In this document: piece after piece, positions 28,770 through 38,790 of the stretch
How positions within the stretch are numbered: position 1 is the first letter of the stretch
How the letters are laid out: every line of letters begins with the position of its first letter
NCBI GenBank assembly: GCA_934255545.1
Contig: CAKQOE010000003.1
Span: 24,813 to 88,812, forward strand
Direction: 5' to 3'
From: an uncultured Clostridia bacterium
GTDB taxonomy: Bacteria > Bacillota > Clostridia > Peptostreptococcales > Anaerovoracaceae
DNA: 64,000 bases
The notes under the pieces: generated by a model
The model's input: only the letters and a program-made list of their open reading frames with translations
Databases searched by the model: none
Told to the model about the DNA's origin: nothing
Translations under genes and position numbers: made by a program

Positions 28770-31700
28770 ATGAACAGAAAATTACACCTGATCCTGGCAT
28801 TTATGGCAGCAACACTGTTCGTGGGGATCATGGCAGTGCCATCTATGGCAGCTACAGTTGTAGAAGGCCCGACACCTATATTTGAAGGTGCAGCGACTGC
28901 TGATAACGATCTGACTATGTATAATGACAAGATCGCTTTATCATTCGCTGTAGGCACTAACAACTACTGGAACATGACACGCGGTTCAGTTCTCGATATC
29001 GGTATAAACGATGGACAGAACAACTTCAAGCAGGACCTTACTAACGATTCTGAATTCCTGCTCGACCTTTGGACTTCTACAGGAAGCTACAAGGGCGAGA
29101 ATCTCCTGACAGACGTTGACGCGAAGTACAGCGTTGACGGAGACACTGCGAAGGTCGTAATGAAGACTCGTTACTGGGTAGCTGACGCTGACAAGAACGG
29201 CAAGGATGATGAAAAGGAATACGGTACAGTCCAAAAGCCGCTCAACGTTACTACTACATATACGCTTAAGGACGGCGATTCTTTCGTAACTATGGTGACT
29301 ACAGTTGAAAACCCTGCAGACAACAAGGTTACTTACAAGAACATGTACAGCGGATATTCTATCAGTACTAACGCAGCAAGTATGTACGGACCGTTTGGTT
29401 TCTATCCTGAAGTTAAGACTACAGGTATAGCAGTGGGCGCAAATGAAAAGGTACAGGAGCGTTTCGGAGAGTTCGTTGCTACATACAGCGACAGCTATAC
29501 TGCTTCAGTTCAGATGGACGATGCCGATTCTTACAAGGGTTCTTCAGGTTACAAGGACGTATACAAGCTCCGTAATATAGCTCCGGGTCACACTGAGAAA
29601 TATACAGGCGAGCTTCTGGTTTCAGATAAGAGTGAAACAGCTTCTATCATCTCACGCTATATCGCGAGAGAAAACATCAAGGATGCTTCAAAGCTCAGCG
29701 GTACTGTAACAGATGACAGCGGCAAGCCTGTAGCAGGCGCTTATGTCATCGTAGAAAAGACAGGCGTATACATGCCTACTGAAAAGTCACAGAGCGTCAA
29801 CGGCCAGGCCGTTGGTACTCCTGTTGCAAACATGATGCCATTCGTATGGACGAGAACAGATGAAAACGGAAAGTATTCGTTCGATCTTCCAAACACAGGC
29901 TGGAACGATGGAACTGAAAACGTTCTCGGAAACGGTGACTACACTTACAAGCTTAAGGTAGAAGCTTCAGGATATACTTCACTTCTCACAGATGAGATAA
30001 AGCTCACAGGCGACAAGACTGAAGATCTTAAGATAGAGCAGGGTGCTCACATCCATCTCAAGGCTACAGATCAGAAGGGTAATGCTATACCTTTCAAGAT
30101 CCAGATCTCAGGCATAACTGCAGAGATGAAGACACTCGGCGGAGCTGTTCAGTTCTCTGACGCTTTCGCTTCTTCAAACGATCTTGACTTCAACCTTTCA
30201 AAGGCTGAAAACGTTACTATAACAGCTACATACAGCACACCGTTCCTTTCGAAGTCTGCTTCATGGAAGGGTGACATAACTTCAGCGGGTCTCGACCATA
30301 CATTCGTTATCGATATTCCTATCGATGCGAAGGCTGAAGGCTGGTACAACATGGATAACCACAACCACTCAGACTATGGTGACGGTTCTACGTCTATAAA
30401 AGATCTCTTCAGCTTCCAGATAGCTCAGGGACTCGACTTCAATGTTGTAACAGACCACGACACACGCATACACAATGCTGAGATGGCTCAGTTCGCAAAG
30501 GACAAGAACAGAGTATTCCTGTCAAATATCGAAGTTTCACCGGGCTGGGGACACTGGGGCTACCTCGGTGTTGACTACAGCGACAGCGGAGCTCCTATAA
30601 ACCCTTCAACAGCTACTCCTAAGCAGATAGCTGAGACAGGTCATAAGCTCGGAGCTACAGTTATCATGCATCATCCGTTCTCTGACTACGGTTTCCTCAA
30701 CAACCAGTCATCAGTAAACGGCGGAAATGAAGAAGGATGGGACAGCTTCGATCTTCTCGAGCTCCAGAACACTATGGATCTTACAGGACTCGATACAGTA
30801 AACGCAGCTGACTGGGCGAAGATAAACCGTCAGAATCTCGCGGCTACACTTCCTTCAGACAAGCTCAGCGGCGTTAACGACAAGATGGACGCAAAAGCGC
30901 TCCTCGCTGCAATGTCTTTCTGGAATGAAGGCATAGAAAAATATCTGAGCGCAGGCTCAGACGCGCATGATGCGCACAACACAAGCCTGTATTCAGGCGT
31001 TATACGTGAATTCGCAAAGCTTGACACTTACAGCCAGGATGCTTATACTACAGCACTTAAGAGCGGCAAGGCATACGTAACATGCGGTCCTGTCCTCTTC
31101 CCTGCTGACAATGCCATGTTCGGTTCAAAGCAGTCAGCAAAGGCAGGCGATGAGCTTACATTTGACCTCGATGTTCAGGCAATCGACGGTTTTGATACTA
31201 TCTACCTGTACAGAAACGGCGTATGCATAGACAAGAAGGAACTCAACGGCACTACAGACCGTACAGCAGTTTCATTCAAGACTACAGCGCCTGCAGGCAA
31301 GAACGTATGGTACAGCTTCACTGCAGTTGACAAGAATAACCACTGGGCAGCTACAGACCCGATCTGGGTAGACGTTAAGGGCTTCACAGACGTAACATCA
31401 GCTGACTGGTTCTACGACACTGTTTCAGCTATCGTTGATAAGGGTCTTATGAACGGTACAGGCGACGGCTCTACATTCAGCCCTAAGGCTCAGCTCACAC
31501 GCGGCATGGCAGCTACTGTTCTTTACAGAATGTCAGGTGAGACTACAGGCGTTGCAGCTGAAGCTGCTGCAACATTCAGCGATGTTGACTCATCTAAGTG
31601 GTACGCTGCTGCAGTTGACTGGGCTGCAGACAACGGAATCGTAAAGGGTTCTGACGGCAAGTTCAAGCCAAACGACAATATAACTCGCCAGGATATGGCG

Positions 31701-31925
31701 ACAATGCTTTACCGCTACGCTCAGTACAAGAAAACTGACACCAGCAAGGTGAACGACCTGTCTGCATTCAGCGACAAGGCTGCAGTTTCATCTTATGCTT
31801 CTGAAGGCATGCAGTGGGCTGTAGGCGCAGGCATCGTAAGCGGACGCGACGCAGCTACTCTTGCTCCTAAGGCAAAGATAAGCCGTGCGGAGTTCGCTAC
31901 TATGGTAAGCCGTTATCTGGCTTAA
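28770..31925 (+). CDS. secreted SLH-anchored surface protein with CarboxypepD_reg-like and PHP/CehA-McbA-like metallohydrolase domains
   Basis: Signal peptide (MNRKLHLILAFMAATLFVGIMAVPSMAA). SGTVTDDSGKPVAGAYVIVEKTG beta-sandwich. GWYNMDNHNHSDYGDG...VTDHD...HHPFSDYG His-rich PHP-like motifs. Three C-terminal SLH repeats (FTDVTSADWFYDTV..., FSDVDSSKWYAAAVDWA..., FSDKAAVSSYASEGMQWA...). Confidence 0.65.
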   Translation: MNRKLHLILAFMAATLFVGIMAVPSMAATVVEGPTPIFEGAATADNDLTMYNDKIALSFAVGTNNYWNMTRGSVLDIGINDGQNNFKQDLTNDSEFLLDLWTSTGSYKGENLLTDVDAKYSVDGDTAKVVMKTRYWVADADKNGKDDEKEYGTVQKPLNVTTTYTLKDGDSFVTMVTTVENPADNKVTYKNMYSGYSISTNAASMYGPFGFYPEVKTTGIAVGANEKVQERFGEFVATYSDSYTASVQMDDADSYKGSSGYKDVYKLRNIAPGHTEKYTGELLVSDKSETASIISRYIARENIKDASKLSGTVTDDSGKPVAGAYVIVEKTGVYMPTEKSQSVNGQAVGTPVANMMPFVWTRTDENGKYSFDLPNTGWNDGTENVLGNGDYTYKLKVEASGYTSLLTDEIKLTGDKTEDLKIEQGAHIHLKATDQKGNAIPFKIQISGITAEMKTLGGAVQFSDAFASSNDLDFNLSKAENVTITATYSTPFLSKSASWKGDITSAGLDHTFVIDIPIDAKAEGWYNMDNHNHSDYGDGSTSIKDLFSFQIAQGLDFNVVTDHDTRIHNAEMAQFAKDKNRVFLSNIEVSPGWGHWGYLGVDYSDSGAPINPSTATPKQIAETGHKLGATVIMHHPFSDYGFLNNQSSVNGGNEEGWDSFDLLELQNTMDLTGLDTVNAADWAKINRQNLAATLPSDKLSGVNDKMDAKALLAAMSFWNEGIEKYLSAGSDAHDAHNTSLYSGVIREFAKLDTYSQDAYTTALKSGKAYVTCGPVLFPADNAMFGSKQSAKAGDELTFDLDVQAIDGFDTIYLYRNGVCIDKKELNGTTDRTAVSFKTTAPAGKNVWYSFTAVDKNNHWAATDPIWVDVKGFTDVTSADWFYDTVSAIVDKGLMNGTGDGSTFSPKAQLTRGMAATVLYRMSGETTGVAAEAAATFSDVDSSKWYAAAVDWAADNGIVKGSDGKFKPNDNITRQDMATMLYRYAQYKKTDTSKVNDLSAFSDKAAVSSYASEGMQWAVGAGIVSGRDAATLAPKAKISRAEFATMVSRYLA

Positions 31926-32257
31926 CATTTAAAAACACCGGTCCGGGGCGCTGAATTTCAGGAATGGCGCCCCGACCGTAAAATAGGCATTCCTCTGTTC
32001 GGAGTGTATGAGAGATAATAACAGCGGTCTGAATGACGGCGGCGCAAGCCGGCCTGTCATAGACTGCATGATATATGAGAGAGATAAAAATGAGTAAAGG
32101 CGCGCCTGCAGGCGCGGATACCTGCGGCCGGGAGGCCGCGGGACCGATGTCGTATCGGCATTAATAATATTTTTGAAAAGGTTATTTCATTTGTTGATAT
32201 AAATAATTTACATTAAAAGAATCTGAAAACAATTTTTAAAGGATGGTATAGAAGAAA

Positions 32258-33403
32258 ATGGACAGATTTGACCTGAAAACCAAGATCTTTTTTGGGGATA
32301 ACGCCTTAGACAGGCTGAGAGACAACCCGTATGACAGGATCCTTGTCATCGCTGACCCGTTCGTAGTTGAAAGCGGCATGATAAACTCGCTCACAAGAAG
32401 ACTCGACGAGGCACACAAGGAATATCACGTATACAGTGACGTGATCCCTGATCCTCCGCTTGATAAGATCGCTTACGGCGTTCAGTTCGCGCTCGGCTAC
32501 AAGCCTGACGCTATAGTTGCAGTAGGCGGCGGCGCTGCTATCGACAGCGCAAAGTCTATAAAGGAATTTTCTGAGAAGATCGGAAAGAACGGCGAGATAA
32601 AGCTCATCGCTATCCCTACTACGAGTGGAAGCGGCTCTGAGGTAACATCTTATGCTGTAGTTACCGATACGTTCAAGAACAATCTCAAGTGCCCTATCGT
32701 TACTGACGACATCATTCCTAATGAAGCTATACTCGATGCTGAGCTGACTATGTCAGTTCCGCCTGCTATCACAGCTGATACGGGTATGGACGTTATCACT
32801 CACGCCATAGAGGCTTATGTGAGCGAAAAGGCTAACGCATTCACTGACGCTCTCGCTGAGAAGTCACTCGAGCTCTGCGCAAAGTACCTCGTAAGAGCTT
32901 ACAAGAACGGCAAGGATGTAGAAGCAAGACAGCAGATGCACGTTGCTTCATGCCTCGCAGGCATCGCGTTCAGCAGCTGTTCTCTCGGTATAAACCACAG
33001 CATGGCTCACCAGCTCGGCGGTCACTTCCATATCGCTCACGGCAGAGCAAACGCAATACTCCTTCCGCATATAATCGCATTCAACAGCAGGATCGATGCG
33101 GTAAACAGTGATGCGGAGCTTCCTGCATGTGCAGCTAAGTACTGCGCTGCTGCAGCAAAGTTCGGAGTTACAGGAAACGGCATCGGCGATACAGTAAGAA
33201 AGCTCGTTGACCATATAAAGAACATGATGTTCACTATGAACATCCCTATGACTGTTTCTCTGACAGGCAAGTGCACAAAGGAAGAGTACATGCAGGCTAT
33301 CGCCGATATGGTACAGGGTGCTATGACAGACGGATGTACTGAATTCAATCCAAGAAAGACTGAGCCTGCTGAGTTCGCAGCCTTATTTATTGGATTATGG
33401 TAA
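32258..33403 (+). CDS. iron-containing (group III) alcohol dehydrogenase
   Basis: 381 aa. GGGAAIDSAK Fe-ADH NAD-binding motif and His-rich metal site (HSMAHQLGGHFHIAHG). No N-terminal extension. Confidence 0.75.
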   Translation: MDRFDLKTKIFFGDNALDRLRDNPYDRILVIADPFVVESGMINSLTRRLDEAHKEYHVYSDVIPDPPLDKIAYGVQFALGYKPDAIVAVGGGAAIDSAKSIKEFSEKIGKNGEIKLIAIPTTSGSGSEVTSYAVVTDTFKNNLKCPIVTDDIIPNEAILDAELTMSVPPAITADTGMDVITHAIEAYVSEKANAFTDALAEKSLELCAKYLVRAYKNGKDVEARQQMHVASCLAGIAFSSCSLGINHSMAHQLGGHFHIAHGRANAILLPHIIAFNSRIDAVNSDAELPACAAKYCAAAAKFGVTGNGIGDTVRKLVDHIKNMMFTMNIPMTVSLTGKCTKEEYMQAIADMVQGAMTDGCTEFNPRKTEPAEFAALFIGLW

Positions 33404-33690
33404 AAAATACGCCTGCTGCTTAAAACGGCAGATGCAGTAAGGGCCCGCGCCTCCGGCGCGGCCGCATATAACTGACTGCGTCTGCCCGGCAGACGTACAT
33501 TGCGCGGGCGTACCGCGCCGCCGCGACGGAGCACCCCACATCCCGCAGTGCTCCCGCGCGGCCTTAAAAATATACACCCAAAAACTTACCCGTAAAAAAT
33601 TACGGACAACCAAAATAAAAGACAGACAAGCAGATCCCTGCCGGAAATGACCGGATCATAAAAACAGATCTGCAAAAAACAGGTAAGAAT

Positions 33691-35217
33691 ATGAAAAACA
33701 CAGATCTTACAGTAAAAATAAAAAGAATGCGCGACCGCAGCCTGTTTGAATGCACGCTGAGAGACGGCAGCGCTCCCGCTCCCGCCGGCTGCAGTGCCGG
33801 ACAGACGGGCGGCTGTATGCCGGGCGCCCCATCAGACGACCAAAGCATCATAACGCGCTTCAAAGTAGACGCGCCGCCCGACAATGCAGTAATGTCATCA
33901 GTAATGAAGCTTTATGAGACAGCAGGGCGCGCAGGCATGAAGATAGAAGCATGCCCCGCAGAGGGCGATGACAGCCCGCTCTGGAAGCCGCTGCGCATAG
34001 GAAATCTTACATCTAAAAACAGATTTGCCGTGCTCCCGATGGAAGCAGCAGACGCTGAACCTGACGGAACGCCGACTGAAAGTACCGTACAGCGTTACAG
34101 AGATTACTGCAGAGGCGGTTCAGGCGTCGTATGGATAGAGGCAGTGAGCCTCGATGCTCCGACACGCTCGCGCAACAATCAGCTCATGCTGGATGTATAC
34201 GATGCTTCATCACGAAGAGCATGGGAGCGCTTTATCGGAAACTTAAAGAAAGAATTCCCTGATACTGTCATAGTACTTCAGTATCATCACGGCGGTGAGA
34301 CAGTTTCAGCCAATGCGTCAAGAAAAGTATCTGTAAAAGAATTATATGGATTTGGCGGTGACATAGTAGACGCAGATTATATAGATTCATTTATCGACCG
34401 CGAGGTAGAGACAGCGAGATTTCTGCATGAGATAGGCGCAGACGGTATAGACCTTAAAATGTGCCACGGCTATCTTGGTTCTCAGATACTCAGACCATAC
34501 AATGACAGAAACTGGAAATATGGAGGTTCGTGGGAAAACAGGAGCCGTTTTGCATTTGATCCGTGCGAGCGTATAAGAGATATAATACCTGACAGGCGTT
34601 TCATTATCGGAGCCCGCGTCAGCATGTATGATGAAATGCCGGGAGGACAGGGACATGCAGGTGCAGACAGCCCGTATATAGACCTCACTGAATCCATAGC
34701 CCTCATAAAAGGCATGGAAGCGCGAGGCTGCGATTTCTTTGGCGAGACTATAGGCAATGCTTCTGTTTACTGGAAAAACATGTCACCTGTAAGATCATGC
34801 GCAGCTAATGTATACCAGCATCTGACTATGGCAAAGATCATGAAGGAAAACCTCAGGCCTGAGACTGTGGTTATAGGAGCTGGACTTTCCGTTCTTGGAA
34901 AAGGCGGAGAGAGCAAGCTCGGCGGCATGCCGCCTGAAAACGAAGGACTGAAGGCTTTCGCTGAAAAATGCATCAGCACAGGAGGTCTTGATATGATAGG
35001 CCTCGGAAGGCAGGCTTTTGCCGATCCGTATCTGCCGCTTAAGATGCAGCTCGGCGCAGACGATCAGATAAAATGGTGCAGGACATGCAACATGTGCAGC
35101 GAGCTTGAGCTTAACATGAAGCATATAGGCTGCGTCGTATATGACGGAAAATACAAAGAACTGCTGGATAAGACGCGCGCGCAGGGCGCAAAAGATCTAA
35201 GCAGCTTTATCATATAG
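33691..35217 (+). CDS. NADH:flavin oxidoreductase (Old Yellow Enzyme family); start uncertain
   Basis: LRIGNLTSKNRFAVLPME, CHGYLGSQILRPYNDRNWKYGGSWENRSRF (OYE signature) and a C-terminal Cys cluster. The first roughly 65 aa of the ORF are GC-rich low complexity, so the true start is probably near Met 33889. Confidence 0.55.
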   Translation: MKNTDLTVKIKRMRDRSLFECTLRDGSAPAPAGCSAGQTGGCMPGAPSDDQSIITRFKVDAPPDNAVMSSVMKLYETAGRAGMKIEACPAEGDDSPLWKPLRIGNLTSKNRFAVLPMEAADAEPDGTPTESTVQRYRDYCRGGSGVVWIEAVSLDAPTRSRNNQLMLDVYDASSRRAWERFIGNLKKEFPDTVIVLQYHHGGETVSANASRKVSVKELYGFGGDIVDADYIDSFIDREVETARFLHEIGADGIDLKMCHGYLGSQILRPYNDRNWKYGGSWENRSRFAFDPCERIRDIIPDRRFIIGARVSMYDEMPGGQGHAGADSPYIDLTESIALIKGMEARGCDFFGETIGNASVYWKNMSPVRSCAANVYQHLTMAKIMKENLRPETVVIGAGLSVLGKGGESKLGGMPPENEGLKAFAEKCISTGGLDMIGLGRQAFADPYLPLKMQLGADDQIKWCRTCNMCSELELNMKHIGCVVYDGKYKELLDKTRAQGAKDLSSFII

Positions 35218-35263
35218 ATATATTTAATTTTTGATCCTTTTACCAAAACGGAAGGAGTACACA

Positions 35264-37801
35264 ATGAAAACATTAAAACTCACTGACAGCCTTTACTGGA
35301 CAGGTGTGCTCGACCCGGATCTCAAGGTGTTTGACATAGTAATGACGCCTGAGTTCGGAACTACGTACAATTCTTACGTACTGAAAGGCAGCCGCGCTAC
35401 GGCTCTGTTTGAGACTGCAAAGGAAGTATTCTGGGACGAGTATAAGGCTTCGCTTGAGAGCCTCGGAGTCATGGGGCATATAGATTACGTCATCATGAAC
35501 CATACTGAACCGGATCACGCCGGAAGTATCGCCAAGATACTCGAGCTCAACCCTATGGCTACAGTTGTCGGAACAGCTACTGCCATAAGCTTCTTAAAGG
35601 AGATAGCAAATAAGGACTTCAGAAATATAGCCGTAGCTGACGGAGATACTTTATCCCTTGGCGATAAGACACTGAAGTTCATGGTGCTTCCAAACCTCCA
35701 CTGGCCTGACACTATGTATACTTACGTAGTTGAAGAAAAGGCGCTCTTCCCTTGCGATTCATTCGGTTCGCACTACAGCCATGAGGGCGTGCTGAGGAGC
35801 ACGGTAACTGATGAAGAGGGTTACTGGAGAGCTACAAAGTATTATTTCGACGCTATAATCGGACCATTTAAGGATCCGTACATGCTCAATGCGCTCGACC
35901 GTATAAAGGATCTTGATATTAAGCTGATCTGCCCGGGGCACGGTCCTGTGCATGACTGCAAGATCCCTGAGCTCATGCAGGTATACCGCGGATGGTGCGG
36001 AAGCGCTGCCCCGAAGAGCTCTGAAAAGCTCGTCGTTATACCGTATGTAAGCGCTTACGGTTACACAGGTCAGCTTGCTGAGCACATCGCGGCAGGCATA
36101 AAAGACCGCTGCAAGGATATCGAAGTACGCATGTACGACATGGTCACAGCTGACGCGGCGCAGGTAGGCGCTGAACTCGCTCAGGCAGACGGCATACTCA
36201 TGGGAACTCCGACGATAATCGGCGAGGCGCTTGCCCCTATATGGCAGCTCACGCTCGGAATGTTCCCGCCGACTCATAAGGGCAAGCTTGCGAGCGCATT
36301 CGGAAGCTATGGATGGAGCGGCGAAGGCGTGCCTCATATAATAGAACGCCTCAAACAGCTTCAGATGAGAGTCCTCGACGGATTCACTGTAAGACTCAGA
36401 CCGAGCGATACACAGCTTCTCGACGCTCACGATTTCGGATACAACTTTGCGTGCGCACTGCTCAAGACTGCTCCTGAAAAGAGCACTGCAGTCTCAACAG
36501 GCGGCAAGATGCTCATGAAATGCCTCGTATGCGGCGAGATATTTGACGCTTCACTCGGCGCGTGCCCTGTATGCGGCGTAGGCCTCGACAAGTGCGTTCC
36601 TGTAGAGTCTACGGAAACAACGTTCCGTCGTGATACAATGGAAAAATTTGTTATCATAGGCGGCGGCGCCGCAGCATTCAATGCGGCTGACGCGATACGC
36701 GCGAGAAACAGACAGGCTCATGTGACGATCATAACTAATGAAAAATACGTACCGTACAACAGACCTATGCTGACGAAAGCTCTGCTTTCAGACATATCCG
36801 GCAACAGACTTGCAATAGTGGGACCTGACTGGTATCAGATAAACAACATAGACGTAGTATTTGAAACAGAAGTAAGCTCAGTAGATGTATACTCAAAGCG
36901 CGTTATGACATCAAAGGGCGCTTATGATTACGACAAGCTCATATACGCTCTCGGCGCACGCTGCTTCATCGCTCCGATACAGGGCGCAGATGCTCCGCAT
37001 GTAGTTTCTGTAAGGAACATTGCCGACACAGAAAAAGCAAAGAGCCTGCTCAAGCCGGGCGCAAACGTAGTCTGCATAGGCGGCGGCGTTATGGGTCTCG
37101 AGGCAGCATGGGAGCTCAAGCAGGGCGGATACAGAGTGACAGTGCTTGAAGGCGCTCCGGGACTTCTTCCTAAGCAGCTCGATGATAAAGCTTCAGCTAT
37201 GCTCGAGGGTATAGTTACAGGCTGCGGCATAGACGTAGTTACAGGCGCAGGCATATCACAGATAACTGCTTCAGACGTTAAGCTGAACGACGGCAGGAGC
37301 TTCGCAGCTGACCTCGTCATAATGTCTACAGGCATGCGTCCAAACACTGCTATTGCAGAAGCGGCAGGCATAAAGACAGAAAACGGCTTCATATGCGTTG
37401 ACGCTCACATGCATACGAGCGCTGCAGACGTTTACGCTTGCGGCGACTGCGTGACATATGACGGCCAGCCTCAGGCATTCTGGGCTCAGGCATCAGAAAC
37501 AGGCAGGATAGCAGGAGCTGACGCAGCGGGAGAACCTCTGACATATTCACCACTCAGCGGTTCGCTTTCAATAAACGCGTTCAATACATCTGTATTCGCA
37601 GTCGGCACGAACGGCAAGGACGCGCCGGACGAGTACACAACGTCTGAATTCCACGACCCTAAGCGCCATATCTATGCGAAGTACTTCTTCAGAAACAGCC
37701 GCCTTGCAGGCGCGATACTTGCAGGCGATACTTCAAGGATGGCGGATATAACAAAGGCCATGGAAGAAGGCGCGACGCAGCGCGAATTTCTCGGAATGTA
37801 A
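35264..37801 (+). CDS. multidomain flavodiiron protein fused to rubredoxin-like and NAD(P)H:rubredoxin oxidoreductase domains (class F-like FDP)
   Basis: Metallo-beta-lactamase diiron domain (HTEPDHAGS), flavodoxin domain, Cys4 rubredoxin-like motif (CLVCGEIF...CPVCG), FAD/NAD Rossmann domains (FVIIGGGAAAFNAAD, VVCIGGGVMGLEAA). Start set to the Met with RBS GGAAGGAG. Confidence 0.7.
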   Translation: MKTLKLTDSLYWTGVLDPDLKVFDIVMTPEFGTTYNSYVLKGSRATALFETAKEVFWDEYKASLESLGVMGHIDYVIMNHTEPDHAGSIAKILELNPMATVVGTATAISFLKEIANKDFRNIAVADGDTLSLGDKTLKFMVLPNLHWPDTMYTYVVEEKALFPCDSFGSHYSHEGVLRSTVTDEEGYWRATKYYFDAIIGPFKDPYMLNALDRIKDLDIKLICPGHGPVHDCKIPELMQVYRGWCGSAAPKSSEKLVVIPYVSAYGYTGQLAEHIAAGIKDRCKDIEVRMYDMVTADAAQVGAELAQADGILMGTPTIIGEALAPIWQLTLGMFPPTHKGKLASAFGSYGWSGEGVPHIIERLKQLQMRVLDGFTVRLRPSDTQLLDAHDFGYNFACALLKTAPEKSTAVSTGGKMLMKCLVCGEIFDASLGACPVCGVGLDKCVPVESTETTFRRDTMEKFVIIGGGAAAFNAADAIRARNRQAHVTIITNEKYVPYNRPMLTKALLSDISGNRLAIVGPDWYQINNIDVVFETEVSSVDVYSKRVMTSKGAYDYDKLIYALGARCFIAPIQGADAPHVVSVRNIADTEKAKSLLKPGANVVCIGGGVMGLEAAWELKQGGYRVTVLEGAPGLLPKQLDDKASAMLEGIVTGCGIDVVTGAGISQITASDVKLNDGRSFAADLVIMSTGMRPNTAIAEAAGIKTENGFICVDAHMHTSAADVYACGDCVTYDGQPQAFWAQASETGRIAGADAAGEPLTYSPLSGSLSINAFNTSVFAVGTNGKDAPDEYTTSEFHDPKRHIYAKYFFRNSRLAGAILAGDTSRMADITKAMEEGATQREFLGM

Positions 37802-37825
37802 TAAAGATAAGGAGATGATATCACT

Positions 37826-38365
37826 ATGAAGATCGCAGTGATCACAGGAAGCCCTCACAAGGACGGCACATCAGCTTTTCTGGCTGATAATTTCATAAAA
37901 GGCGCGCAGGACGCGGGACACAGCGTTTACCGTTTTGATGCCGCTTTTAAAAATATAAGCCATTGCCAGGCGGACGAGTACTGTCACACTCAGAACTGCA
38001 ACCGCTGCGGCGTAAGCGACGACATGGACGAGCTCTACCCGCACCTGCTTGAGTGCGACCACCTTGTACTCGTATCACCGCTTCATTATAATTCATTCTC
38101 TTCACAGCTCAAGACAGCTATAGACAGGATATACTGCATAGATAAAGAAATGCACCGCAAAGCGAGCGCGTCACTCATCGTTACATACGAAGAAACAGAT
38201 CTTGAGCCTGCAGTAGGCATCGTAGCTTCATTCAAGCAGATGCTCCGCTACTGGGGATGGGATGAAAAGAATATCCTCCTCGCAAAGGGATGTCCTGATA
38301 TGGAGGCTCTGCTCCAGACAGAATACCCTAAGCAGGCGTATATAATGGGAAGAACACTGGCATAG
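37826..38365 (+). CDS. flavodoxin-like fold NADPH-dependent FMN reductase family protein
   Basis: MKIAVITGSPHKDGTSAFLA N-terminal motif. 179 aa. Confidence 0.55.
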   Translation: MKIAVITGSPHKDGTSAFLADNFIKGAQDAGHSVYRFDAAFKNISHCQADEYCHTQNCNRCGVSDDMDELYPHLLECDHLVLVSPLHYNSFSSQLKTAIDRIYCIDKEMHRKASASLIVTYEETDLEPAVGIVASFKQMLRYWGWDEKNILLAKGCPDMEALLQTEYPKQAYIMGRTLA

Positions 38366-38449
38366 ACCGCGTGCGCCCGGCGCACGACAAGCCGCAGGCC
38401 CATTCATACTGTTACAGAAATATACATAAAAATGCAATAACCTCGAAAA

Positions 38450-38528
38450 TACTGCCCAAAGCCGTGACGGAAAATGATATCACCGTCCTGCCGAAGGGCA
38501 GTATTTTTATGCGCGCGTCACCGCGCGT
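38450..38528 (+). repeat. composite hairpin element (terminator-like stem plus GCGCGC palindrome), upstream copy
   Basis: atactgcccaaagcc...gggcagtattttt then gcgcgcgtcaccgcgcg. Similar to the element at 40518..40592. Confidence 0.55.
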
Positions 38529-38790
38529 GAAGCACCGCCGGTGACGGTAAGGGCCGGCTGGTACGAGGACCCTTACAATATAACAGGTGAAAATGGCGAA
38601 AGAAACGGTTACGGTCATGAATACCAGCAGGCTGCAGCGTCGTATACGAGCCGGGGTACAGTTGTTACTATCGTTCCTGAAACTTTTATTGCTGGCAAGT
38701 TTTATTGCAATTGCTATTTGAAGCGGCGGATAGTAAAATCAAAGTGTATATTATGCAGTTTGGAACTTATTAGATAAATATATCTATGAT

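Noticed and set aside
33037-33884. Several 70-165 aa ORFs on the minus strand around the iron alcohol dehydrogenase / OYE intergenic region
   Set aside because: They fall in the GC-rich hairpin-repeat region and are antisense to the alcohol dehydrogenase 3' end. The translations are Arg/Ala/Pro-rich low complexity.
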